Assembly (NCBI GenBank): GCA_043756865.1
Contig: JAYUQG010000030.1
Location: 94,703-158,702 of the forward strand
Length of the DNA: 64,000 bases
Reading direction: 5' to 3'
Source of the DNA: a bacterium
GTDB lineage: Bacteria; Patescibacteriota; Minisyncoccia; Phycocordibacterales; UBA6899
Under the pieces are notes generated by a model, which was not told the DNA's origin, did no database searches, and saw only the letters and a program-made list of their open reading frames with translations. The translations under genes were made by a program, and so were the position numbers. Of this stretch, positions 1-10,700 are shown piece by piece; position 1 is the first letter of the stretch, and every line of letters begins with the position of its first letter.

Positions 1-777
1 GTTCGCACGTGCCAAGAGATTCTTAGCTTCAGGATCGTCCGCCTGAATACGCTGGGCGAGCTCGCGCTCGTCGCGTGCGGAAAGCAGTGGGTACTGGCCA
101 ATCTCGCGGAGATACATCTGTGTGGAGTCGTAGGGAGAAGATTTGGTCGTCAAAAATTTGCGTGAAGCGCCAGAGTTTGGCTCTTCTTCGGGAGTCGCAT
201 CAAGGAGACCACCGGACTCGAGAATGTCCACGCCCATCACTGCCATGCGCTCGTACACTTCTTCCAAGAAGTCGATGTTGTTCTCGATGTCGGGAAATAC
301 ACGAAGAATCTCGTCGAAGGTGATGAACCCACGGTCACGGCCACGATTGATGATGACGGTGAGTTTGTGCTCAAGGGCTTTACGCTCCTTCGTCATCGTC
401 TTCTTCGGATTCGGCGCCATCTTCATCTTGCGCGCTGCTTCCTTCAACTCTGCCTTGGCCTTCTCCTTCTCGGCCTTGAGACGTGCCTTCTCGGCAATCT
501 TCTCTTTCTTGGCCTTTGCGGCGTCGGCGACTTTTTGCTTCTTGGCCTTTGCAGCTTCTGCAATCTTGAGCTTCTTGGCTTTTGCAGCCTCCGCAATCTT
601 GGCCTTCTTTGCCTTTGCGAGTTCGGCCTTGGTCATCTCTTTTTCAGGCTTTCCGCCTTTTTTAGCCTTTGTGGCTTCCTTTCCAGCCTTCTTGGGCGCG
701 ACCTTTTTCACCGCCTTTTTAGTAGGTTTAGCGGGTTTTGTAGGCTTTTTTGACTTTGCGGGTTTCTTGTTGGGCAT
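1..777 (-). CDS. rpoD: RNA polymerase sigma-70 factor RpoD, N-terminal 259 aa; the 3' end lies beyond the window start
   Basis: Minus-strand ORF read by eye from the ATG at 775-777; it is absent from the ORF track because it has no stop inside the window. The translation ends ...TTKSSPYDSTQMYLREIGQYPLLSAREERELAQRIQADDPEAKNLLARAN, which is sigma-70 region 1.2/2.1. It sits directly downstream of dnaG, as in the canonical dnaG-rpoD operon. The overlapping plus-strand ORF 143..790 is a shadow ORF. Confidence 0.85.
   Translation of the reverse strand, partial: MPNKKPAKSKKPTKPAKPTKKAVKKVAPKKAGKEATKAKKGGKPEKEMTKAELAKAKKAKIAEAAKAKKLKIAEAAKAKKQKVADAAKAKKEKIAEKARLKAEKEKAKAELKEAARKMKMAPNPKKTMTKERKALEHKLTVIINRGRDRGFITFDEILRVFPDIENNIDFLEEVYERMAVMGVDILESGGLLDATPEEEPNSGASRKFLTTKSSPYDSTQMYLREIGQYPLLSARDERELAQRIQADDPEAKNLLARAN
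466..636 (-). repeat. In-frame tandem repeats of about 33 bp inside the rpoD 5' region, encoding a Lys/Ala-rich repeat (KAKKxKIAEAA)n
   Basis: Units of the form cttcttggcctttgcagcttctgcaatcttgag recur at 505-537, 538-570, 571-603 and 604-636, with a related unit at 466-498. The translated N-terminus is MPNKKPAKSKKPTKPAKPTKKAVKK...AKAKKLKIAEAAKAKKQKVADAAKAKKEKIAE. Confidence 0.8.
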
Positions 778-875
778 AATGGTTATTTGACTAATAATAA
801 GTATTTTTCGGTTTTTTGCTAGTACTTTGCTCGATTCCGTTTTCTACTAATAAAATTTGATTCTTTATGCGGTTG

Positions 876-915
876 CCAAGGTCGCACCTTTCAAAGCCAA
901 GGAACGACCTTCTCA
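876..915. repeat. Copy A of a 40-nt hairpin motif: AAGGTCGCACCTT-tcaaagcc-AAGGAACGACCTT, immediately 3' of the dnaG stop
   Basis: Arms at 878-890 and 899-911 pair at 11 of 13 positions, with an 8-nt loop caaagc. The element is about 85% identical to the copy at 3757-3798. It lies between the dnaG stop (919) and the rpoD start (777). Confidence 0.7.
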
Positions 916-918
916 ACC

Positions 919-2682
919 TTAAATTTTTTCTCTGTTTATCTTGCGATTTTCCAGTTCGAGGAGCAGAGGGGTGATATTTTGGTATTCCGCCAGATGTGCT
1001 TTTGTCTCATCTTTCGCACCACGGAGTTCTGCGTCGGAAATTTTGCGGAGTAACTCGGCTTGCCGCTCTTTGAGTACTTCGGCCTCCAAGGTTTCTAACA
1101 TTTCGTCTATTGAAACTACAAGCTGTGGTCCGTGTTCGTAAGAATGTTCTGCGCGGATAATAAGTGTACGCACGTCGTCGTCGGAGGGCATATGTGGCGT
1201 GAGTCCGTGCGATGCGATGCGTTCGTGATAGCGGGCGCGGACTACTGCAACGTCGAATGCGGGCTCGCGGTGGCTGGCCTGCCAATGAATGATGCCGATG
1301 ATTTCCTCTTCGGCGAGTTGCTTTCTGCTTTTTGGAGCGGTGTATGCGCGTGGAGCATCGCTCTTGGGCGCTACAGACTGCACGACACGGTGTGCGGCAC
1401 TGAGGCGCTTCACTTCTTCCCAGACGGCATTCTCTTGCACGCCCAACTTGCGGGCAATCTCGACAATGAAATGCGCCTGCTCAATCTTCGACTGCATGGC
1501 GATAATCAAGGGAAGCACTTTCTTTTCTATCTCGTCTCTAAATGTGCGCGGGTCGTTCCCTTTTGCTACCAAACTCGATACATAGAAATCCACGATATGT
1601 TTCGAGCTTGCTATGACCTCGGCCCAGCCGCTTGGATTATCGATAGCGTTTTTGAGAATATAATCTGCAGGGTCTTTGCCATCAGGGATGCTCGCGACGC
1701 GCACGCTCATGCCGAGACCTAGTGCAATCTGGAATGCTCTGGTGGTTGCGGCGAGCCCTGCGTCGTCTGCGTCGAATGCGAAGACGAGGTTGTCTGAGAG
1801 ACGCTTGAGGAGCGCGAGATGCCGCTCGGTAAGTGCGGTGCCCGATACTGCGACGGTGTTCTCGGTGCCTGCTTGGTGGCTCATGATGAGATCCATCTGA
1901 CCCTCTACCAAGATAGTGAAGTTCTGTTTGCGAATCATCTGCTTTGCGCGGTCGTATCCGAAGAGTACGGATGACTTGTCGTAGAGCATGGTCTCGGGAG
2001 AATTGATGTACTTCGCTACATCGGTACCGCCCTGATTCTTCTGGTCGCCAAATACACGGCAGGAGAATGCGACGACACGACCGTTGTGGTCGAAAATCGG
2101 AAATGTGACTCTACCGCGGAAACGATCATAGTACCCCTTACCTTCAACCTTCTTGGTTAAGCCACCCTTTTCTATTTCTTCGTCGGAATACCCTGCGCGC
2201 TTGAGATGGTCGTAGCACTGGCGCCAATCAAGTGGGGCGTAGCCGATGCGAAAATCAGCAATGGTCTTATCCGTTAATCCCCGATTGGTGAGATACTCCC
2301 CTACTGCGGAATTCTTCTTCATCTCCGATTGATAGAAATCACACGCAGCATCCATGACGGCAAGTAGTCGGTCGCGCTCGCTCCTGTCCCCTCTATTTTC
2401 GCTCCGCAATTCGACACCTGCACGCTCGGCCAAAAGCTTCAGGGCGTCGATGAATTCGATACCTTCTATTTCTTGCACAAACGAAAAGATGTCTCCCCCG
2501 CGATTACAGCCAAAGCAGTAATACGCATCACGCGACGGTGACACATTGAAGGACGGCGACTTCTCGGTGTGGAATGGACACAGGGCTTTAAAACTCCCGC
2601 CCGCTTTGTCGAGCTTGATATAGGAGCCGACAACGTCGACTATGCTTAACCTGCTTTTGATTTGTTCTACGGGGGTTGCCAT
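919..2682 (-). CDS. dnaG: DNA primase DnaG
   Basis: 587-aa ORF with the CHC2 zinc finger CPFHTEKSPSFNVSPSRDAYYCFGCNRGGDIFSFV, followed by a TOPRIM region (EGQMDLIMSHQAG, AFDADDAG). It is followed on the same strand by rpoD. Confidence 0.9.
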   Translation of the reverse strand: MATPVEQIKSRLSIVDVVGSYIKLDKAGGSFKALCPFHTEKSPSFNVSPSRDAYYCFGCNRGGDIFSFVQEIEGIEFIDALKLLAERAGVELRSENRGDRSERDRLLAVMDAACDFYQSEMKKNSAVGEYLTNRGLTDKTIADFRIGYAPLDWRQCYDHLKRAGYSDEEIEKGGLTKKVEGKGYYDRFRGRVTFPIFDHNGRVVAFSCRVFGDQKNQGGTDVAKYINSPETMLYDKSSVLFGYDRAKQMIRKQNFTILVEGQMDLIMSHQAGTENTVAVSGTALTERHLALLKRLSDNLVFAFDADDAGLAATTRAFQIALGLGMSVRVASIPDGKDPADYILKNAIDNPSGWAEVIASSKHIVDFYVSSLVAKGNDPRTFRDEIEKKVLPLIIAMQSKIEQAHFIVEIARKLGVQENAVWEEVKRLSAAHRVVQSVAPKSDAPRAYTAPKSRKQLAEEEIIGIIHWQASHREPAFDVAVVRARYHERIASHGLTPHMPSDDDVRTLIIRAEHSYEHGPQLVVSIDEMLETLEAEVLKERQAELLRKISDAELRGAKDETKAHLAEYQNITPLLLELENRKINREKI

Positions 2683-2716
2683 GTGTTAATTAAAGTCCAA
2701 TGTTAGGTTCTTGTTA

Positions 2717-3091
2717 CTACTTCTCCCAGTAGGTTTTGAAGTTCTTTATCTCATCAACGAGCTCCTGCGTGGATTGCCCTTTGTAGCAGACGGTTCGGTC
2801 ATCGATGTAGACAAATGCGATGGGTTTGCCCTTGTTTTCTCCCTCAAGTTCCGGATTGCAATTAATATAGTCGACGGGGACGTTGTATTTCTCGCAGTAG
2901 TCCTTGAGCATCTTATCCCCTCTCGTTGAGTAAATGATGATTTTGTTTCCCTCAGATTTGAGCAGGCGCATGGCAGACACTACAGCATCAATCGGTTCAC
3001 CACTTACAAGCGGTCCCTTGAAACCTTCGTACCGTGCGATGACACCGTCAAAATCGAATGCATAAGAGCGAGATTTCTTTTTTTCTTCCAT
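2717..3091 (-). CDS. Small HAD-superfamily hydrolase, of the polynucleotide 3'-phosphatase / 5'-nucleotidase type
   Basis: 124 aa. N-terminal FDFDGVI is the HAD motif I (DxDGV); the C-terminal YIDDR fits motif IV. Same strand as dnaG, with a 34-nt spacer. Confidence 0.55.
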   Translation of the reverse strand: MEEKKKSRSYAFDFDGVIARYEGFKGPLVSGEPIDAVVSAMRLLKSEGNKIIIYSTRGDKMLKDYCEKYNVPVDYINCNPELEGENKGKPIAFVYIDDRTVCYKGQSTQELVDEIKNFKTYWEK

Positions 3092-3247
3092 GGAATAAAG
3101 TTAAACGGTCTTAATGTCGTTAGTGGTCCTAAAGTTTGTGCGGGGTACTTTTTTCATTCGGGTACGAGAAACCACACAGTTGGTCGTTCCTGAGCGAATT
3201 TGCGTGAGTGTTTTCATATAATTTTGCAAACAAAGGTACAAATTATG

Positions 3248-3622
3248 CTAAACGGGTGTCTTTTCACTGCGATAATATTCTCGAACCGAACTGAACTTTT
3301 CGTCTCGGACCCCGAATATTGCAACTTCGGTCATATCTATTTTGAGATTCCTAGTGGTATCTATAAATGTGGCATTCCATTCTGCTATTACCACATCAGT
3401 ATCAATCCAAACATTCAATAGGTGGAACACTATGTCTTTCTGTGAACCTATCACTTTGGTTTTCCAATATGCTCGGATTCCCTCATGTCCTACCTGCTCC
3501 CCTTCTCTGGGGTCGAAATATGTCGCATCAGGAGTGAAAACTTCGAGTATCTTCTCCGCATCTCTCTCTACCCATGCTCGCCCATAGAGTTCGATCAGTG
3601 CTGTTGCTTGTTGTTTATTCAT
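3248..3622 (-). CDS. NTF2-like / SnoaL-like small protein
   Basis: 124 aa. LIELYGRAWVERDAEKILEVFTPDATYFDP is the typical opening of the SnoaL/ketosteroid-isomerase-like fold. Confidence 0.45.
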   Translation of the reverse strand: MNKQQATALIELYGRAWVERDAEKILEVFTPDATYFDPREGEQVGHEGIRAYWKTKVIGSQKDIVFHLLNVWIDTDVVIAEWNATFIDTTRNLKIDMTEVAIFGVRDEKFSSVREYYRSEKTPV

Positions 3623-3742
3623 ACTACATTTCGTTAGTCATGAAGCGTGATTTTGAGATGCAGTTGGACTAGAACATACTGCAATTCGGCAACGAACATG
3701 TGGGTGGTAAATTGCTGAGCAGAACCACGATTGTCGAGGATT

Positions 3743-3805
3743 TCTGAGAAGAACTTCTCCAAGGTCTCACCTTCCAAAGCTAAGGAGAGACCTTACTTCT
3801 CAGAA
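3743..3805. repeat. Copy B of the 40-nt hairpin motif: AAGGTCTCACCTT-ccaaagct-AAGGAGAGACCTT, extended by an outer 10-bp inverted repeat; about 180 nt 3' of the rpoC stop
   Basis: Inner arms at 3761-3773 and 3782-3794 pair at 12 of 13 positions. Outer arms ttctgagaag (3743-3752) and cttctcagaa (3796-3805) are a perfect inverted repeat. Relative to copy A, the central stem pair changes from G:C to T:A, a compensatory substitution. Confidence 0.7.
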
Positions 3806-3987
3806 ATTCCTCTACAATCTCTCCGAATCAAAATACTACACTGCGCATAAACTCGAACGTTGTAAAAGTTCACTTTTGGGATGCAATTCGCAGGTGACGA
3901 CAGGGTGGTGTCTGCGGGGACGTACATGCAGTACGTTCACCAGACCCGCCCTGGAAGTCACGTGCGAAGTGCGCCCAAAATGGACTT

Positions 3988-6900
3988 TTACGCTTGCACT
4001 ATTTCGCGGTTTGCATATTCATCTTCCGAACCGTCATCTTCTTTAGTCACCAAATTCGTATGGAACCCCGTTCCTGCGGGAATCAAGCGGCCCAAGATAA
4101 CGTTCTCCTTCAAACCATAGAGGTAGTCCGTTGCGCCCTGTACTGCTGCTTCGATAAGCACACGTGAGGTGTTCTGGAATGATGCAGCTGAGAGGAAGGA
4201 TTCCTTTGTGAGTGCCACTTCGGTAATACCCAAGACGAGCTGCTCGCCGCGAGCCTCTTCGCCGCCCTCGGCATTTACGCGTGCGTTCTCTACCTGCATT
4301 TCTGCTTCCTCGACGGTGTCGCCCACGGAGAAACGAGTAGTTCCTGTGACGCGAATTTTGCGGCGTGAGAACATCTGGCGAACGATAACTTCTACGTGCT
4401 TGCGCGAAATAGATGCACCCTGAGATTCATAAATCTTGTTGATTTCTGAAATGATGTAGCGTTGTGCGCGGTCAGCTCCTCCGAACTTGTAGAGCTCGTC
4501 GATGTCGGCGTATCCGTCGGTCAAAAGATCTCCTGCCTTTACATCTGCGCCAATTTTGACGATTGGAGAGCGGCGGAATGACACAGAGTGTTCTACTTCC
4601 TTCTTGTCCTTCTCTTTGTCCTTGGCATCCTTGTCTTTGGTGGCCTTTACTTCCTTGAGTTCCTTGGCACCATCACCCACTACTACAATTACCAAGTCGT
4701 CCTTCTCGCCACGGCGAATGTCGACAACCTTACCTTCTATCTTACACACAACTGCCTGTGCCTTCGGTGTCTGGCGCTCGAAAATGTCTTCAACACGAGG
4801 CAGACCCATGGTAATGTCTTCTCCTGCTGCACCTCCTGAGTGGAAGGTACGCATTGTGAGCTGAGTTCCTGGCTCACCGATAGCCTGTGCGGCGACGATA
4901 CCGACGGTCTCGCCCATAGCAACGAGTGTGCCACGACCGAGGTCCATCCCGTAACACTGCTGACAGACTCCGCGGAGTGTCTTGCACATAAGCGGAGAGC
5001 GAACATAGACCTCTTGAACACCAGCCTTTTCCACCTGAGCTGCTTCGTCGCGACCCAAAAGTGAATTCTTCTTGAATACGACTTTGCCGTCCGCACCAAT
5101 CGCGTCGCGTGAAAGTACGCGTCCACGAGAGTTACGAGCAATAGAAATTTCAATACCGATTGCATTCTCTTTCGTGAGGTGGATGCCGTCCTTCTCGCCA
5201 CAGTCTTCTTCGATAACCACCACGTCCTGCGCAACGTCAACGAGACGGCGTGTGAGGTAACCTGCTTTTGCGGTGTTGAGCGCGGTGTCGGTCAAACCCT
5301 TTCGTGAACCGTGTGTCGAGATGAAGTATTCGAGAGGTGAAAGTCCTTCTTTGAGTGAAGGTACCATCGCGAAGTCAATAATGCGGCCTGATGGACCCTG
5401 TGTGAGTCCCTTCATACCCACCATAAGCGAAACGGATTTGATCGTACCGCGCGCACCTGAGGTAATCATGTCGATAACCGGACCATTTTCAGGAAGACCT
5501 TTTGGCACTACCTTCTCGATTTCAATCTGCACGCGGGTCCAGATTTCGATGTTCTTGCGGTACTTCTCTTCGTAGGAAATGAGACCTTCTTCGTAGTGGC
5601 TCATAACGGTTTCTTCTTCCTTGCGCGCTGCCTTCACGATTGCTGCCTTCTCTTCAGGAACCTTCACGTCAGCAATACTGAATGTGATACCGGACTTCGT
5701 AACGTAGCGGTAACCAAATGCCTTTATTTTGTCCAAGACCTGTGGAGTGCCGTCGATACCATAGCGCGTAATCAAGTCGTCTACTGTATTTGCGAGTTCC
5801 TTCTTGGTGACTTCTTTGTTCAAGTATGGGAAGTCTTTTGGAAGTACGGAGTTGAACAAAAGGCGTCCAACGGTAGTCTCGAATGGCTTGCCCTCGTAGA
5901 CCTGGTACTTCTCGGAATCAGTACCCATGACTTTAATCTTTGCGCGGAAACCGACAACGCCGTAATCGTATGCACTGATAGCGGAATTTGGTGTAGGGAA
6001 AATCTTGCCCTCACCCTTGTCCCCTGCGATGACTTTGGTCATCCAGTAGCAGCCGAGCACGATGTCCTGACCTGGGTTGACCACTGGGTCACCGGAACCT
6101 GGCTTCAAGAGATTCTTGTTTGAGGCCATGAGCTCGCGCGCTTCTGCCTGTGCTTCGTCTGAAAGTGGCACGTGAACGGCCATCTGGTCTCCGTCGAAGT
6201 CTGCGTTGAATGCGGAACATACAAGTGGATGTACCTGAATGGCGTTGCCTTCGATAAGTGTCGGATTGAATGCCTGAATACCAAGACGATGCAAGGTTGG
6301 TGCACGGTTGAGGAGCACATACTTGCCCTTGATGACAGACTCCAAGTTACCCCACACTTCAGGAATGCCTTCGTCGATCAAACGGTTTGCACCGCGTATG
6401 TTGAATGCGAGTCCTTGTTCCAAGAGCTTTGCGATAACGAACGGGCGGAAGAGCTCCAAGGCCATGTGCTTTGGAAGTCCACACTGGTTGAGTTTCAAAT
6501 CAGGACCCACGACGATAACGGAACGTCCTGAGTAGTCCACACGCTTTCCAAGCAAGTTCTGACGGAATAGTCCGCTCTTGCCCTTCAAGGTGTCGGCGAG
6601 TGACTTCAACTGTCGGCGCTGTGTCTGCGACATTGCTGCGGATGTAGAACCGTGACGAATCGAGTTGTCGATAAGTGCATCGACGGCTTCCTGCAAAATA
6701 CGTTTTTCGTTGCGGAGGATGACCTCAGGTGCATCGATTTCCAAAAGCTTCTTCAAGCGGTTGTTGCGGTTGATCACGCGGCGATAAAGATCGTTCACGT
6801 CGGAAGTCGCATGGCGACCACCTTCGAGTGCGACCATCGGGCGCATACCTGGAGGAATAACAGGAATAACCGTGAGGAACATCCACTCGGGGCGCACTCC

Positions 6901-7683
6901 GGAGCGGAGCATAGCGCGCACCAGTGCGAGTCGCTTGTAGAGCTTCACGCGCTCCACGGCTCCTGCACGTTCAAGTGCAGTGGTCATGTGTATTTCAAGC
7001 TTCTTCAAGTCGAGCTTCTTGAACATCTCGAATACTGCTTCGGCACCGATGCCGGCTTCGAATGATGACGAGTACTTCAAGGAATACTTGTGGTAAGTCA
7101 TTTCGTCGAGAATGAGTCCGACGTTGATGCCTTCAATTTCTTTCTTGGCTGCTGTAAAGAGCTCCTTCATCTTATCCTTGGCGCCCTTCGCTTCAAGCGA
7201 TTTGACCTTGGACTTATATTCGGAGTCGAGTTCCTTGAGCAGGTTCGCCTTCTCACTTTCGTTCACTGACGTGACGACGTATGCGGCGAAGTAGATGACC
7301 TTCTCGAGTTCTGCGACGGGAAGATTGAGCAAGAGGCCGATACGTGATGGGATACCACGCAAGAACCAAATGTGCGAGACGGGAGCTGCGAGCTCGATGT
7401 GACCCATGCGCTCGCGGCGCACAATTGCGCGAGTGATTTCGACACCACACTTCTCACAAATAATTCCCTTGTAGCGGATACCGCGGTACTTGCCGCAGTA
7501 ACATTCGAAGTCCTTCTCAGGTCCGAAGATGCGCTCGTCGAAGAGGCCACCGCGCTCGGAGCGCTGTGTGCGGTAGTTGATTGTCTCCGGTTTGGTGATT
7601 TCGCCAAACGACCACTCCTTGATGCGTGCGGGTGAAGCAAGCTTAATCCCGATTGCGTTGAAATCTGTTGCTGGATTTTTCAT
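3988..7683 (-). CDS. rpoC: DNA-directed RNA polymerase subunit beta'
   Basis: The ORF-track frame 3988..7920 carries the [16 protein letters not shown] catalytic motif. Start trimmed to the ATG at 7681-7683 ([24 protein letters not shown]...), which lies 17 nt after the rpoB stop at 7701. The 79 codons upstream are Arg/Cys-rich and overlap rpoB. Confidence 0.93.
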   Translation of the reverse strand: MKNPATDFNAIGIKLASPARIKEWSFGEITKPETINYRTQRSERGGLFDERIFGPEKDFECYCGKYRGIRYKGIICEKCGVEITRAIVRRERMGHIELAAPVSHIWFLRGIPSRIGLLLNLPVAELEKVIYFAAYVVTSVNESEKANLLKELDSEYKSKVKSLEAKGAKDKMKELFTAAKKEIEGINVGLILDEMTYHKYSLKYSSSFEAGIGAEAVFEMFKKLDLKKLEIHMTTALERAGAVERVKLYKRLALVRAMLRSGVRPEWMFLTVIPVIPPGMRPMVALEGGRHATSDVNDLYRRVINRNNRLKKLLEIDAPEVILRNEKRILQEAVDALIDNSIRHGSTSAAMSQTQRRQLKSLADTLKGKSGLFRQNLLGKRVDYSGRSVIVVGPDLKLNQCGLPKHMALELFRPFVIAKLLEQGLAFNIRGANRLIDEGIPEVWGNLESVIKGKYVLLNRAPTLHRLGIQAFNPTLIEGNAIQVHPLVCSAFNADFDGDQMAVHVPLSDEAQAEARELMASNKNLLKPGSGDPVVNPGQDIVLGCYWMTKVIAGDKGEGKIFPTPNSAISAYDYGVVGFRAKIKVMGTDSEKYQVYEGKPFETTVGRLLFNSVLPKDFPYLNKEVTKKELANTVDDLITRYGIDGTPQVLDKIKAFGYRYVTKSGITFSIADVKVPEEKAAIVKAARKEEETVMSHYEEGLISYEEKYRKNIEIWTRVQIEIEKVVPKGLPENGPVIDMITSGARGTIKSVSLMVGMKGLTQGPSGRIIDFAMVPSLKEGLSPLEYFISTHGSRKGLTDTALNTAKAGYLTRRLVDVAQDVVVIEEDCGEKDGIHLTKENAIGIEISIARNSRGRVLSRDAIGADGKVVFKKNSLLGRDEAAQVEKAGVQEVYVRSPLMCKTLRGVCQQCYGMDLGRGTLVAMGETVGIVAAQAIGEPGTQLTMRTFHSGGAAGEDITMGLPRVEDIFERQTPKAQAVVCKIEGKVVDIRRGEKDDLVIVVVGDGAKELKEVKATKDKDAKDKEKDKKEVEHSVSFRRSPIVKIGADVKAGDLLTDGYADIDELYKFGGADRAQRYIISEINKIYESQGASISRKHVEVIVRQMFSRRKIRVTGTTRFSVGDTVEEAEMQVENARVNAEGGEEARGEQLVLGITEVALTKESFLSAASFQNTSRVLIEAAVQGATDYLYGLKENVILGRLIPAGTGFHTNLVTKEDDGSEDEYANREIVQA

Positions 7684-7700
7684 ATGGATGGTAATGGCGA

Positions 7701-10700
7701 TTAGACGATCTCGGTGTCCAGCTTCTTCAACTCGATATCGAGCGAAAGTCCGCGGAGTGAGTTGAGTAATACGTGGAAGGTCGCAGGAAGGTTCGGTTCG
7801 CGAATATTGCGTCCCTTGACGATAGCGTCGAATGCGGCAGAGCGACCGAGGATGTCGTCGGATTTGACGGTGAGCATTTCGCGGAGGATATGAGCGGCAC
7901 CATAACCTTGGAGCGCCCACACTTCCATTTCTCCGAAACGCTGACCTCCACCTTGGGCTTTTCCTCCGAGTGGCTGCTGCGTAATCAAACTGTACGGACC
8001 GATGGACCGCATGTGAATCTTGTCCTCAACCATGTGGTGAAGTTTCAAAATATACATGTAGCCGACCGAAATTTCTTGTTCGAATCCTTCGCCTGTACGA
8101 CCGTCGTAGAGCTTCATCTTGCCGTCTTCACGGTAGCCTGCGGATTTGAGTTCTGCGCGAATTTCCTCTTCGGAGACACCCATGAATGGGGGCGTGATGG
8201 CCTGATAGCCGTGTGCGTGCGCCGCGAGTCCCAAGTGGAGCTCGAAAATCTGTCCGAGGTTCATACGAGATGGAACACCAAGTGGAGTAAGGATCACGTC
8301 AATCGGTGTGCCGTCTTCTTGGAATGGCATTTCTTCGATAGGGAGAATCTTTGAGATAACACCCTTGTTTCCGTGGCGACCAGCGAGCTTGTCACCGACC
8401 GAAATATTGCGGAGCTGTGCTACCTCTATATAGACACGCTTGATGATGCCACTCTCGAGGTTGTCGCCCTTCTCACGTGAGAAGACCTTGACCCCAATAA
8501 CGCGACCACGCTTGCCGTGTTCCATTCGTAATGATGTGTCCTTCACGTCACGTGCTTTCTCTCCGAAAATTGAGCGTAAGAGGCGCTCTTCGGGAGTGAG
8601 CTGTGCTTCTCCCTTTGGAGTTATTTTTCCAACCAAGATGTCGCCCGGGCGCACTTCTGCACCGATGCGCACAATTCCTTCATGATCGAGGTCTTTGAGT
8701 TTCGCTTCACCGACATTGGGGATGTCGGGGGTAGTGACCTCGGGTCCAAGTTTGGTGTCGCGCACGTTGACGACGAATTTCTCGATGTGAATGGATGTGA
8801 GGATGGACTCACGAACAAGGCGCTCTGAAAGAATGATGGCGTCTTCGTAGTTCGCACCTCCCCATGACATAAATGCCACAAGAAGATTTTGTCCGAGTGC
8901 CATTTCTCCGCGGTCGGAAGTGGAGGTGTCAGCCAAGACGTCGCCCTTCTTCACCTTCTCGCCTACGGAAACGACAGGGCGCTGATGATAGCAGGTTGCG
9001 TCATTGGTCATCACAAAGTTGATGAGCTTGTACTCTTTCTCATTGCCCTTGTTGTCTTTGAGGACAATGTGGCGTGCGTCGACGGACTTGATGACACCGT
9101 CGGCCTCGGCGAGGACGACACGGCCAGAGTCGCGCGCGATGCGTGCTTCCATGCCTGTCGCCACAATTGGCGCTTCAGGAATGACAACGGGAGTTGCCTG
9201 CTTCTGCATGTTTGAACCCATGAGTGCGCGGTTCGCGTCGTCGTGTTCAAGGAAAGGAATAGAAGATGTTGCAGTGGAAAATGCCTGATTGGTTGCGACG
9301 TCGATGTACTGGACCTGAGCGCGATTTACGATACCTGGGTTGCCTTTTACACGCGCTTCAACACGATCACCCAAGACCATGTTCTCTCCGTACGGATTGG
9401 CGGCATGCGCAATGATGTATTGCTCTTCTTCGAGTGCATTCAAGTAATCAATCTTGTTTGTGACTTTGCCGTCTTCTACCTTCACATATGGAGTTTCGAT
9501 AACGCCGAATGCGTTTGCACGTGCGTAGACCGACATACGAAGTACGAGACCGATGTTTGGACCTTCTGGAGTGTGGATAGGACAGAGGCGGCCGTAGTGC
9601 GAAGGATGCACGTCGCGGACCTCGAGACCTGCACGCTCTTTTGTAAGTCCACCGGGACCCATCGCGGAGCATGTGCGGAGATGTTCCATTTCGTCCAAGA
9701 CATTCTTCTGACTCATCAACTGTGAAAGCTGATTGGTGGTGAAGAATTCCTTGAGACGTGCCTGGAGAGGGCGTGGTGAAACGAAGTTGATAGGAAGAAT
9801 CGTGTCGGTTTCAACGGTCGACATACGATCCTGAATATTGCGCTTCATCTGTGTCATACCCACGCGCAACTTCGCCTGTAGCATTTCGCCAACGTAGCGG
9901 ACGCGGCGAGAACCCAAGTGGTCGATATCGTCTTCCTGAGCACCCTTCATGTGATTCAAGATGGCGACGTGTCCGACAGTTGAGATAAGGTCGTCGAATG
10001 TGAGGACGCGGCCTTCGAGTGCACCCGCTGTCATGGACTTTTCAAAGCGCTTGTTGAAGCGGAAACGACCGACGGAGGAAAGGTCGTAGCGCTCGCGAGC
10101 GAACATGTTGTCGATAAGTTCGCGCGCATTTGCAGTGGTCGTAACGTCACCATCGCGGAGGCGGCGGTAGACTTCGACGTATGACTCATCGAGAGACTTG
10201 GCGGGATCCTTGGCCATTGTCTTCTCTATATAGCGTTTCGCGTCAGGATTTCCCGCGAATGCAGCAAGTATTTCTGCATCGCCGCACTGTCCGAAGACGC
10301 GCAAAAGTGAGGTGACAGGGAATTTACGCTTACGGTCGATTTTGACCCAGATGACTTCATCCGAGTCAGTTTCGATTTCGATCCATGCACCGCGTGATGG
10401 GATGACCTTCGCACCAAAAAAGCGCCCAGCCTTTAATTCCTGTGCGGTGAAAAATATACCAAATGAACGTGCGAGCTGTGGAACGACCACACGCTCTACA
10501 CCGTTGATGATGAACGTACCGCGGATGGTCGCGATAGGAAAGTCAGCCATGAAGACCTCTTGTTCCTTGATCGTCCCCATCGTCTTGTTCGTGAGTCGTA
10601 CACGAGCGCGTAGCGGTGTCTCGTATGAAAGCTTGTTCTCGCGAGCGAAGTGCTCGTCAAAACGTGGTTCGGAGAGTTCGAACCCGATGAACTCGAGATC

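Noticed and set aside
143-790. 215-aa plus-strand ORF rich in F/A/S, plus the nested ORFs 75..323 and 367..753
   Set aside because: These are shadow ORFs, antisense to the repeat-rich 5' end of rpoD. The minus strand gives a clean sigma-70 translation.
3623-3987. tmRNA or tRNA in the 365-bp spacer after rpoC
   Set aside because: No GGUUCGAnUCC T-arm or acceptor-stem complementarity was found. The region is instead occupied by hairpin motif copy B.
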